A DNA stretch of 63,727 nucleotides, counting the filler, from Sanchytrium tribonematis (lineage: Eukaryota): the NCBI GenBank assembly GCA_018985235.1. It is 6 parts of 6 records of this genome, joined end to end, with 100 filler letters (N's around TTAATTAATTAA, not from the genome) between each part and the next. Parts side by side here need not be neighbours in the genome. Positions count along the whole stretch, not along the records: positions 32,744 to 63,727 come from JADGIG010000051.1; 5 more parts are not named here. One strand, given 5' to 3'. The position numbers were made by a program, and so were the translations under genes. Below the pieces are notes generated by a model that was given only the letters and a program-made list of their open reading frames with translations, was not told the origin of the DNA and searched no databases. This document shows, in pieces, positions 54,647 to 63,727 of the stretch (position 1 is its first letter; each line of letters starts with the position of its first letter).

Positions 54647-55781
54647 ATGGGTATCAAATCCCTAACGAAAGTTTTGACAGAACACGCACCAAATGCGACC
54701 AAACTTAAGCCAATAAAATCCTACTTTAGCAGAAAAGTTGCGATAGACTGCAGCATGTGGATTTATCAATTTTTGGTTGCCGTTCGAACCGGAGGCAATA
54801 ACATGCAAGATAGCGAAGGAAATACAACGAGTCATTTAATCGGATTGTATTATAGGACAATAAGAATGCTGGAAAATGGAATTGAGCCTGTTTTTGTTTT
54901 TGACGGAAAACCACCAGATCTCAAGTCCGTTGAATTAAACAAACGAAAAGCAAATAGAGATAAGGCAGAAAAGGATCTGCAGAAAGCGAAAGATGAAGGT
55001 AACGCAGAAGACGAGGAAAAGTTTAATCGCAGATTGACTAAAGTCACTCCTGAACATAATGCCGAATGTCAAAAGCTGTTGACTTTGATGGGAGTTCCTT
55101 TTATTATTGCACCATGTGAAGCCGAAGCTCAGGCTGCAGAACTTGCAAAAAAGGGGAAAGTTTTTGCTGTAGGTACAGAGGATGCCGATACACTCTGTTT
55201 CGCAACTCCAGTCTTATTAAGAAATCTAAGTGCCGCTGATAACAAAAAACTCGATATTAAAGAAATTACTTTATCCACCATTTTAGAGGATATGAATTTA
55301 ACTCAATCTCAATTTATTGACCTTTGCATTTTGTTGGGATGTGATTATTTAGAGTCGATTAAAGGACTGGGGCCTAAATCGGCTATGAATTTGATAAAAA
55401 AGTATGGAAGTATAGACAAGATCGTAGAGGCTAAAGCTTCTGACAAAAATGGAAAAGGTCTCAAATTTGATATTCCTGAAGTTTGGGATTATCAACAAGC
55501 GAGAGAACTGTTTATCAACCATCCAGTCATACCAGCCGAAGACGTTGATTTTAAATGGATCGACCCTGATGAACAAGGCTTAGTAGATTACCTTGTGACT
55601 GAGAAAAACTTCAGGTAATTTTCTTTAAATTAGCGAGGATCGAATCCGGAATGGTGTAGCAAAAATCCGTAAGACTAGAACAAAAGGAAAGCAAGGTAGA
55701 CTTGATGATTTTTTCAAATTTTCAAGTGCCAAAAGGTCTACAAATGAAAATTCTAACCCTGTCAAAAAAGTTAAAAAATAA
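54647..55781 (+). CDS. FEN1: Flap endonuclease 1; join(54647..55614,55634..55781)
   Basis: MGIKSL, AIDCSM, FDGKPP, EAEAQ, LLGCDY; second exon has FSEDRI and the PIP box QGRLDDFF. Confidence 0.97.
55615..55633 (+). other. 19-nt spliceosomal intron
   Basis: GTAATTTTCTTTAAATTAG, phase 2. Confidence 0.95.
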
Positions 55782-55795
55782 ACTAACTTTGTTTA

Positions 55796-58090
55796 TTACT
55801 CAAGCTTTGATTCGGCTTCAATTCTGTATCTCGTGTATTCACACAAATCGTCTACATATTTAGTCTGCTTGGAGTGAATTTCGCTCAGGCTTTCCACCAA
55901 TTCCCTTTTGCATAACGATATATAATATTTCACACCCTCCATTGCCATTTTATACTCATTAATAATGGGCAAAATGTTTGCTTCTAGTGTTTGTATAAGC
56001 TTTTCAGATGGTGTTGGCGTTTTTTTCTTATCTACTTTTTTAGGTCGCAACGAATTGATATAAGCAAAAAAACTGGCTTCTAATTCATTTTGCAGCAAAA
56101 TGTCTTCAAAATGGTCAAATTTTAATTGACCTATCATTCCACCCTCGAATGCTTTTTGGAGCTCCTCAAAAAAGCTATTTAGACTTAAATTAAAAGCAAA
56201 TGTACAATTGCAATACTTGAAATATAAATTCTTCAAGTCAATTTCAATTTTGCTGTGCCATTTATGAGACAGAAGAGAATCAACATTATCTTGGTTGTCA
56301 TTTCTATAAAAATCTACTTGTTTCCACATTCCAATAAAAACCAAATTAAATTTGTTTTGATAAAATGATTTAAATTCGGAACTAAGTCTCTCGGAAATAT
56401 CATGCTGATTAAATTCGATTTTAAGCAATTCATAGTTTGCCTCTAAATTATATTTCCTTTGAAATTTGGATAATATATTATATTTACAACTCTCAACATA
56501 AGATTTCAGGCCCAAGTAAAATGCCTCTAAATCCTTTGCAAATTCCGCCAAAGAAGAACTTTGCTGAATTATAATTACATTGTAAGCATCATGAAATTCA
56601 TCGATAATTGGTGCGTCTAATTGCTTTTCTAAATTTACCGAAAAGATGGGAGTAGGTTGATGATTTCTACTTTCACATATGGAGTATTTTGAGTCGATAA
56701 GCACATTATTTCGCTTTACTGTTTCCTCAGGAGAATCAGTCTTAGGGATGTGTATTAAAAATTGAAGTGGTACTTCTGTATTCAATGCTTTACATCTAAG
56801 GCAAAACTCCTGGAAGATTTTAGATGCAATGACGCCCAGGGTTTCTTTTTCATTTAAATTACAGTCTATTATATTAAATGGCGCAGTCCAGTCAATTTCT
56901 GATAATTCAAATTCTCTTGCGTTCGAAACTTCTACAAAATAGAAAATTTGACACAAATGATTAAAGGATTCGACAACGTATGGTATGGAATTGAATAATG
57001 AAATTGCTTTTTCATGGTTTTTTAAAAGTTGAAAATTTGGATGACGCTTAAACAAACCGAATTTATCCATTAGAGAATTGACATTATTCCCGGTAATTGA
57101 CTTAAATCTTCTTCTCGTTTCACTTTGAAAAATAACATTTGATTTCATCAAATTATCAATTTGTAGCAAGGACATCTCGATGCACTCAAAAATCATGCAC
57201 TTTAGACTAGAGCCCAAGTTTTTATAAAATATAGATTTCAAGGCATCCGAGGAGTTTGCTTTTGGCAACGAATTATGGAAAAAATCCATAGAAAGTTTCT
57301 CTGCTATTAAATTTTGTCTCTTGGAGAAATCAATCTCTTTATCCATAATGTAATTGGACCATATCCGCTTCTGGTTCTCAGACTCCTTATACTGCTGCGC
57401 TAAAAAAGCTTCAATTGTTGTCTTTTCCTCAAGAATGTGGATCTTATCTTCATCAATAAAAGAACTCTTTATAAAATTATCTATCTGTTGATCTAAAAGC
57501 ATCTTGAAATCCCTAACAATCAAATCTTGCAGTGAATTGATTTGATTCTGTGGGACGAGAGTTTTGGCTTCGATACCTTGAGTTTTTGAATCTGTCCTCT
57601 CCAAAATTGGAGTTCCCTCGTTACTTTCTAATAAAGAAGACTGACTCGCATATTTATCAATAATTTTATCCAGGTTGGTCATAGTGTCGATTTCCTTTTG
57701 AATAGTTTTAACATCGAGATTTTCTCTTGATATTATTTCAGGTAATTTCAGTTTCGTCCCAAATTTTAAAATTTTTTTCACATCATTGCTGAAGACGTGT
57801 TGCTTAAAATTAAAATTTTTTTGATTGAGTCCATCCGATATCTCAAATGTCACTTCGACGTTGCTTATTGAATCCAATAAATTTCTATATTCGATTTCAT
57901 CCTGTTTTAAAATTGCGGCAACCTGTTTGGGAGAAATATAAATTTGGACACCTGCAAGTAATCTGGAGATTTTGCTCCAATTTGCAATTCTTTCATCCAG
58001 AGTAGGTCTAGAGCTAAGATTTAATGAAAATCCTTTATTTTTCAAACAATCTTCAATTTCTAATCCAGAAATTTGAGAAAAGTCCAACAT
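55796..58090 (-). CDS. Large hypothetical protein, possibly a divergent SPEF2/CPC1-like protein (CH-like N-terminus)
   Basis: 764-aa ORF; RIANWSKISRLLAGVQI resembles the CH-domain helix of flagellar proteins. Family call is weak. Confidence 0.5.
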   Translation of the reverse strand: MLDFSQISGLEIEDCLKNKGFSLNLSSRPTLDERIANWSKISRLLAGVQIYISPKQVAAILKQDEIEYRNLLDSISNVEVTFEISDGLNQKNFNFKQHVFSNDVKKILKFGTKLKLPEIISRENLDVKTIQKEIDTMTNLDKIIDKYASQSSLLESNEGTPILERTDSKTQGIEAKTLVPQNQINSLQDLIVRDFKMLLDQQIDNFIKSSFIDEDKIHILEEKTTIEAFLAQQYKESENQKRIWSNYIMDKEIDFSKRQNLIAEKLSMDFFHNSLPKANSSDALKSIFYKNLGSSLKCMIFECIEMSLLQIDNLMKSNVIFQSETRRRFKSITGNNVNSLMDKFGLFKRHPNFQLLKNHEKAISLFNSIPYVVESFNHLCQIFYFVEVSNAREFELSEIDWTAPFNIIDCNLNEKETLGVIASKIFQEFCLRCKALNTEVPLQFLIHIPKTDSPEETVKRNNVLIDSKYSICESRNHQPTPIFSVNLEKQLDAPIIDEFHDAYNVIIIQQSSSLAEFAKDLEAFYLGLKSYVESCKYNILSKFQRKYNLEANYELLKIEFNQHDISERLSSEFKSFYQNKFNLVFIGMWKQVDFYRNDNQDNVDSLLSHKWHSKIEIDLKNLYFKYCNCTFAFNLSLNSFFEELQKAFEGGMIGQLKFDHFEDILLQNELEASFFAYINSLRPKKVDKKKTPTPSEKLIQTLEANILPIINEYKMAMEGVKYYISLCKRELVESLSEIHSKQTKYVDDLCEYTRYRIEAESKLE

Positions 58091-58095
58091 TGGCC

Positions 58096-58977
58096 TTAAT
58101 CAAAAAATATAATATTTTGAAATCTGCGCATCAAAGATTTTGGAATCAAATCTATGTAGTTGGTTGCACCTATTACAATTATTTTGCCTCGCCCTCTGTC
58201 TTTCAACTTATCGAGTTCTGCATGCAATTGCCATAAAATTTTACAAATATAGTTTTCATCTGAACCAAAAATGACATCAAGCTCGTCAATAAATATAAAT
58301 ATACAATCACTACCTACATTAAATAATCTAGACAGCGCTCTCTCGCCTTCTCCGACATGCGACTTCAATATATCTTGAATTTGCACATTGATAAAAGTAG
58401 GACTACCTCCAATAGCTACAATTTCTTGTAAATATGCCCTAGCCATCATAGTTTTACCTTTTCCGGGAAGACCATGAAATATAATGCTCTCAAACGAATT
58501 CTTACTTTTATAAATATTCATAAGTTGTGTTTTTACAGTTTCACGGCCAATAACAGAGTTGAAATTGATACTTTTAATAGGATCGACTAGACTACTCGCG
58601 TCATCCTCAGATATGGAGCTTTTTTTAAAATATTGCAACATAAAATTGTATACTTTTGATCTGTCTGTTGCAAACGCAATAATTTTAATTTTGTTCTCCT
58701 GAGCATACTCGAAAGCTATTGCTAATTGCTTGAGCTCGTGAATGGAAGAATCGTGATGAAAATCTTCTAAATGTCGAATATACAACACTTTGCCGTGTTT
58801 CTTCGCGTACGCAAATACTGCACGGATCCCATGAATTGCATTATTAAAGTAAGTTTTAAGAAGTCCCAAGCTGAGAATTACGCAGTCTTCTTTTTTCATA
58901 AACTTGTCAATTTTTTCGCAATTGCCATATACAATTAAGTTTTCCAGTGGTGGAAAAGTCAGTTTATTAGTTTCCAT
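58096..58977 (-). CDS. Divergent AAA+ ATPase (one degenerate and one intact module)
   Basis: Walker A GLPGKGKT, VGEGE, Walker B FIFIDELD, IGATN..LMRRF. Confidence 0.85.
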   Translation of the reverse strand: METNKLTFPPLENLIVYGNCEKIDKFMKKEDCVILSLGLLKTYFNNAIHGIRAVFAYAKKHGKVLYIRHLEDFHHDSSIHELKQLAIAFEYAQENKIKIIAFATDRSKVYNFMLQYFKKSSISEDDASSLVDPIKSINFNSVIGRETVKTQLMNIYKSKNSFESIIFHGLPGKGKTMMARAYLQEIVAIGGSPTFINVQIQDILKSHVGEGERALSRLFNVGSDCIFIFIDELDVIFGSDENYICKILWQLHAELDKLKDRGRGKIIVIGATNYIDLIPKSLMRRFQNIIFFD

Positions 58978-59015
58978 GAAAATTCCCCTTTTTTATGAAA
59001 ATTTTCATTAAAGTG

Positions 59016-59726
59016 CTAATTTATTATCGAAATGCCTAATTCATGCAGTGAAGGAATCAGCCAAGATTTAAATTTGGAATTGCAGCAATCAATCGGACTT
59101 AGCCCATTGTTATTACGACTGTGAATAGATTTTCCGAAATTTGCGGCAAGATACACCACAACTTCTCCATTACTCAATTCACATGCGAGATGTATAGGCA
59201 GGTTCCCCTCAGAATCTTTCAACTGTTTTGCTCCTCTGCTACATAACAATTCAACCATAGCTCTATTTCCAACGCTGCTACACCTATGAAGTGGTGATTG
59301 TTGATATTTATCAACTGCATTTATCAAATCTGGTTTATTGTCCAGTAGCAACTGCGCAATTGGTATAGAGCCTTTAGATGCAGCAAAATGAAGAGCCGAT
59401 TGACCTGTTTTTGAAGTTTTACCTAAATCAACCTTGCAATTGTATGTTAATAATTGAACAATTTCAAGATTTGTGGTTGCGCACGATAATAAAAATGGAG
59501 TAAATCCACCATCATCAGAAACATCTGCTAGAGATATATCGATTTTGCTTAGAATAAATTGTACAATTTTCGTGTGCATTCCGACCACAGCCCAATGCAA
59601 AGCGGTCCTACCGTCTAAATCCTTTAGTTCTAGTTGATCCGAAAGCTTTTCTACTTTATGAAAATGTCCTAGGAAGGCAGCTTCAAAAATTCCACCGAAT
59701 TTGTTATCATTTGAGATTTGAGTCAT
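59016..59726 (-). CDS. Ankyrin-repeat protein, Nas6/gankyrin-like
   Basis: DGRTALHWA, DDGGFTP, GQSALHFAASK, QSPLHR, DSEGNLPIHLAC. Confidence 0.8.
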   Translation of the reverse strand: MTQISNDNKFGGIFEAAFLGHFHKVEKLSDQLELKDLDGRTALHWAVVGMHTKIVQFILSKIDISLADVSDDGGFTPFLLSCATTNLEIVQLLTYNCKVDLGKTSKTGQSALHFAASKGSIPIAQLLLDNKPDLINAVDKYQQSPLHRCSSVGNRAMVELLCSRGAKQLKDSEGNLPIHLACELSNGEVVVYLAANFGKSIHSRNNNGLSPIDCCNSKFKSWLIPSLHELGISIIN

Positions 59727-59757
59727 TACAGAAACAAAGGAGTTGATTTACTTAAAA

Positions 59758-60807
59758 TTATGCTATCTTGACTCTGTCATTTTGAACATTGTATGAGCAA
59801 TTCACTAATTCGATTTTCACCGAGGAATTTTGCTTCAAAATCTCATTGATATAATTATCAAAATATAAGGCTGAGATATTTTCAAATCGAATTTGTCTCG
59901 CAGAGCATCTGATCAAGTACGAAATAACATTATCGGATAAAACTATTGCATTTTTGGTTTTATCTCCGACGAAAGTTATTGATTTTAAACTTTTGCCCTG
60001 AGCTGTGCAACTTTCAACAAATGTATTTAACAAGTTTGGCTCTACAGTAGATGAGTTTAGTGGCAATCTGATTGACTGCAGCGTGTAATACTTGATTCTT
60101 CTCAGTATGTTAAGCAAAGTATCATTAGAAATGGATTGTGATGCCAAGTCTACGTCATCTTTTGAAAAATCTATCAGTCCATTGTATTTTGGATTTGTAA
60201 TGATGTACTGCTTTCCAATTTCTTTGATCAGGTCAACTTTTGAATCAAGTTCCGCTTTGAGTTGTGTAAACCCATTATTTAAGCCTTGGACGTCGTCGTT
60301 GAAGTCTAAAAAGTACCCGTCATGAAGTCTTAATTGCATTTTAAATGCATTGATCTCTTTCTGTTGTTCTATAACTAATTGCATCAATTTTTCAACCAAA
60401 AAATCTGCGGTTACAGCACAAACATGATCTTTCACTTTTTGTTTTGTTCCTTCTACTTTGCAACCAAACAAAAATTTTGGGCATTTTACCACTGAAAATT
60501 CGCAAATTTTTAAATGTTCTGTTAAATCCTTTCTCTTACAGGATTTGGAGCACCCACTTGACCAATTAGTACAGAAAACTTCCATGTCACCCAACTGAGC
60601 AGCAAGGTTTTCATCAACTACCGCATTGCTAGGCTTGCAATCTTTACAGAAAACTTTCCACTCTACCACAAATGGCACATCGCAAGTCTCCTTACATTTA
60701 GAACAAGACAAAGATGAATCTGGTCTCTTTAAATAAAAATAGTTTTTGCTTTTAAAAACTTGGGATTCTTCATTTTCCTCTTCTGAGTCACCATGATAAA
60801 TCCCCAT
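59758..60807 (-). CDS. RING-like plus TRAF zinc finger and coiled-coil protein
   Basis: CSKC..FCKDC, VFCTN..GC..HLKICEF..CP..GC..H.C; start MGIYHG at 60807. Confidence 0.75.
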   Translation of the reverse strand: MGIYHGDSEEENEESQVFKSKNYFYLKRPDSSLSCSKCKETCDVPFVVEWKVFCKDCKPSNAVVDENLAAQLGDMEVFCTNWSSGCSKSCKRKDLTEHLKICEFSVVKCPKFLFGCKVEGTKQKVKDHVCAVTADFLVEKLMQLVIEQQKEINAFKMQLRLHDGYFLDFNDDVQGLNNGFTQLKAELDSKVDLIKEIGKQYIITNPKYNGLIDFSKDDVDLASQSISNDTLLNILRRIKYYTLQSIRLPLNSSTVEPNLLNTFVESCTAQGKSLKSITFVGDKTKNAIVLSDNVISYLIRCSARQIRFENISALYFDNYINEILKQNSSVKIELVNCSYNVQNDRVKIA

Positions 60808-60843
60808 TCTTGGCCTTTTTAAATTTGAAATTAGGATAAAACA

Positions 60844-61686
60844 ATGCTCAAATTGCAGCGCGACATTGAAAAGCAAATAAAATGCAATCATATTATTTAT
60901 TATGAGCAGCGCCCTTGCTCATATTACGTTAATTCTGCTCAATGGCACAACGACAATCATTCAGAATTCGAGAATATTGAAAAAATTGAAAATTACAGAA
61001 GGGGATATCTGCTGTACATAAATATCAACTACTGCATTGGATCTTTTACAAGAGTATCGTACAAATCGTTCTTAAGCACTTCTTTTTCAGTGGAAGAAAG
61101 CACGGGCCTAAATTTATTACATCAAAAACGCATCCAGTATGTTTATAAGATTTTATCCAACTTCTTTTTCGGAGATGTGAAGCTCACGGTGGGAGAGTTG
61201 ACGAAATCGGATATCGGAGTCTCTACAATGAAGCAATTTGAATGGTGCAATGATGAATTTCAAGATTTGAAGGAAAAATGCACAATGATTTCGACAAAAA
61301 GAACTCAGCCAGTGAATTTTAAAATCGATTCAATTTATATAAGTTACTCCTATGCTAGGCTAAATAGAATTAATGAATACATCATATCGTGCGAGTCAAA
61401 TTCTCTTGATTTGTCGCTGGCTGACGATGATAGTCGAGTACTTATTCACATATTATGTTCATACGAATTCTATCTAGATAATTTCGTGGAAAAGAGAGAC
61501 CCTTACTTTTTGTTTGTTTACTGCCAAAAGTTGTCCCGAACTGTTGGCAAAGTACACAAATCTCTTAGAGTCAAAAATACGCACGAAAATCTCAAAATGT
61601 TTCGAAGCTACTTGTTTAGCCATTCCTTGCGCATATTGGATGAGCTTTTTACAGTTTTGGAATTCCAAAAAATTACTGAAATCTAA
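60844..61686 (+). CDS. DALR anticodon-binding-domain protein (DALRD3/ArgRS C-terminal-like)
   Basis: YISYSYARLNRI, DPYFLFVY..L...LRVK..R..L; no ArgRS catalytic HIGH motif visible. Confidence 0.7.
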   Translation: MLKLQRDIEKQIKCNHIIYYEQRPCSYYVNSAQWHNDNHSEFENIEKIENYRRGYLLYININYCIGSFTRVSYKSFLSTSFSVEESTGLNLLHQKRIQYVYKILSNFFFGDVKLTVGELTKSDIGVSTMKQFEWCNDEFQDLKEKCTMISTKRTQPVNFKIDSIYISYSYARLNRINEYIISCESNSLDLSLADDDSRVLIHILCSYEFYLDNFVEKRDPYFLFVYCQKLSRTVGKVHKSLRVKNTHENLKMFRSYLFSHSLRILDELFTVLEFQKITEI

Positions 61687-63727
61687 TGCTCGACATTCTG
61701 AAGAACAAGGTCCCTTAATGACAGGTAACAAGAACTCTCCATGGCGAACATCAATTGCTCCCATTTATCCCTAATCTCTGTGTTTATAGTATTTTTTAAG
61801 GAAGGTATGTCCTGCAGCATAGAGAGAATCATAACATAGAGCTCCGTAAATTCGCTGGAAGTTGATGCCAATTTTGCAATGCTCAGTAATCTCATTGTGC
61901 GTTTGTCATTCTTCTCTTTCACCAATGATGATTTTCGACTCTGAGGGGCGCTATTTAGCTCAATATCCGTACTCAAATTTAAATTGGAGCTAGAATTTCG
62001 ACGAAGTTGTCCACTTTCATAGTCTATAGGCCATTTGAAATTAACATGTAGAATTTTGAATGTTTCGAGATCCATAGGGAGCTTGAGATAATCTTTGTGC
62101 TGAAGGACATAAGATTTGGCATTTTCACCCGCCAACTGAATAGTCTCAAACAGATCTGCGTATTGCTTTCGGCTGTATAGCAAATGACAATGTCTGTCGA
62201 ATAAATCATTAACATTATGAAACCTTGTGAAGTAATCCACAAATTCATACTTGTACCGGTCTGCAACCATATCAACAATGTGAGTTGAGTCTAAATAAAT
62301 AAGGAAAACCTCCGATTTTGTTAATATATTCAAGTATTTCTCTACTTAATTGCATGTCCCTCACATCCAGAGCACCTTTTAGAAGTTCAATACAGTCATT
62401 TTCCTGAAAACTATTATCATTTTGGCTTAAAACTAAATAACAACTTGCTGTTCTGTACTTTTGAAGATTTAGACATTTTCTTAAAATTGAGTCGGGATCT
62501 TCTTCAACAATATCAAATAAGTCTTTCCAATAAACGCTTTCCATTTTGCGTGCCACTTTTGCAAGCACATCATAAAAATTGGAATAATATTTCAGAACAC
62601 GAACTAGCATTTTTAAATATTGACTGTCATCGGTTTCCCTACTTTTTTCCCAAAAGTATGAAAATATTATTTCTAAATAAACTTCATACTGCGGGTCGGT
62701 CTTAAAATGGTCCAGATAGGCTTGAAGAAGTTCTTGTTTTTTCATGTTAATGCATAATTGAAAGGCAAAAATATGCAAAAAGGGCTGTGTTTTACTTGCA
62801 AACTTGATGTATGGCGCGTCATCATGAAAAACACGACTAGCCTCTAACTCAATAATTAATAATAGACCCTTTTGAATATCGACTGCTACTGGTAATGAAT
62901 GAACGTTGTAATTAACCTGAAAATCAAATGGCGTTTTATCAATCATACAAAATATTTTAACATGCCCAGGGCCCAGCAAAACAAAGCAATGTGAGAATAA
63001 ATCTGTGAAAATTGGAAAATAACTCAATCCTAGAAGAGAATATTTGTAGTCAATTTGGAAAGTTTTTTTCAATGTCGTAATTTTATCGACTTCCTCCACC
63101 TTGTACACCATACATGCTATCTTGTCGTAAGTACTCATCACTCCGGACAAGCTACTAGAGGAAATATTGTTCAAAACGAAGCCCGTTAGATTTTTAAAAG
63201 GAAGATCAAGCTCAAATAAATATTCGATATGTTTCAATCCGTCAAAACTATAAGCTGCTACTGTCCCTTGCTCTTCATTTTTCCCAAAAAAATACAAGTA
63301 TGGCTTAATATAATCCAGTCGCTGGGCAGGATATCCAATCCTTATCCTAGGAACACTTTCTAGATTTATTTCCTGACTAAAGTCTAATACAGTGACAAAC
63401 TGTTCGGAATAATGATTCTTTACAGTCGTGATTAAGCATATCAGGCAGTTATTGACAAAAACAATGGAATCTATCGTAGTGGAACTACCATCCTTAAAGT
63501 CTATTTCTTGCCAAACGACTTGAGCTTTGCTAAAAATATGAATTTTAGTCAGTCTTGTTAAAAAGAGTAAGTCTTTGGTGTTCAATATATTAACAGCGGA
63601 AAATTTCTCCAAAGTAAAACCAGTAGGATAGCTCAATGGTATAAAATGACAACCGCCAGGAATACTGAAAGGTTGAGAGACCGTGGTTGCTATGTGTAAT
63701 TGATGTCTAGTTAGTAAGCATGGAAAC
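61683..63727 (-). CDS. RIC1: RIC1 (Rab6/Ypt6 GEF subunit), partial; intron 62291..62309
   Basis: ARKMESVYWKDLF...TASCYLVLSQN matches the RIC1 domain; frame is open to the window end. Confidence 0.8.
62291..62309 (-). other. 19-nt spliceosomal intron
   Basis: GTTTTCCTTATTTATTTAG (minus strand); gives ..NKIG-D-STHIVDM.. joining the two ORFs. Confidence 0.85.

Noticed and set aside
55783..55799. Possible 17-nt minus-strand intron GTAATAAACAAAGTTAG
   Set aside because: Lacks the -8 T, would extend the CDS into convergent FEN1, and is better read as stop plus AATAAA.
9808..62309. Split ORFs as pseudogenes, programmed frameshifts or stop-codon reassignment
   Set aside because: Each break is resolved by a GT-AG segment with a shared consensus, and conserved proteins end at TAA, TAG or TGA as in the standard code.
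288..62705. Numerous short antisense or nested ORFs in the track
   Set aside because: Shadow frames of well-supported genes, without motifs.

Overview
AT-rich DNA from an extremely compact eukaryote, most likely an early-diverging fungus; the standard genetic code applies. It is a concatenation of six contigs joined by artificial 100-nt linkers (N44-TTAATTAATTAA-N44), so adjacency across linkers is meaningless. Housekeeping genes (USP7, Gtr1/RagA, glycogen synthase, ALG6, Vps2, HAT1, LeuA, Rad6, PP5, FEN1, RIC1 and others) are packed with intergenic gaps often under 60 nt. Main result 1: ten frame-restoring GT-AG spliceosomal introns of only 19 nt (nine) or 20 nt (one), all with T at -8 and A at -6, mostly near the 3' ends of genes. 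The one longer intron found (157 nt, PP5) hosts a minimal double-guide C/D snoRNA. Main result 2: a tandem array of prodomain-less subtilisins whose N-termini look like a short secretion signal followed by an ochrophyte-alga-style plastid presequence (ASAF-like motif, transit-like stretch, twin-arginine lumen signal). This suggests parasite proteases addressed to a host chloroplast or thylakoid. Also present: a U3 snoRNA, a non-LTR retroelement with RNase H, a decayed Ty3/gypsy element and several duplicated candidate secreted genes. Assignment to an algal parasite such as a sanchytrid is inference only.
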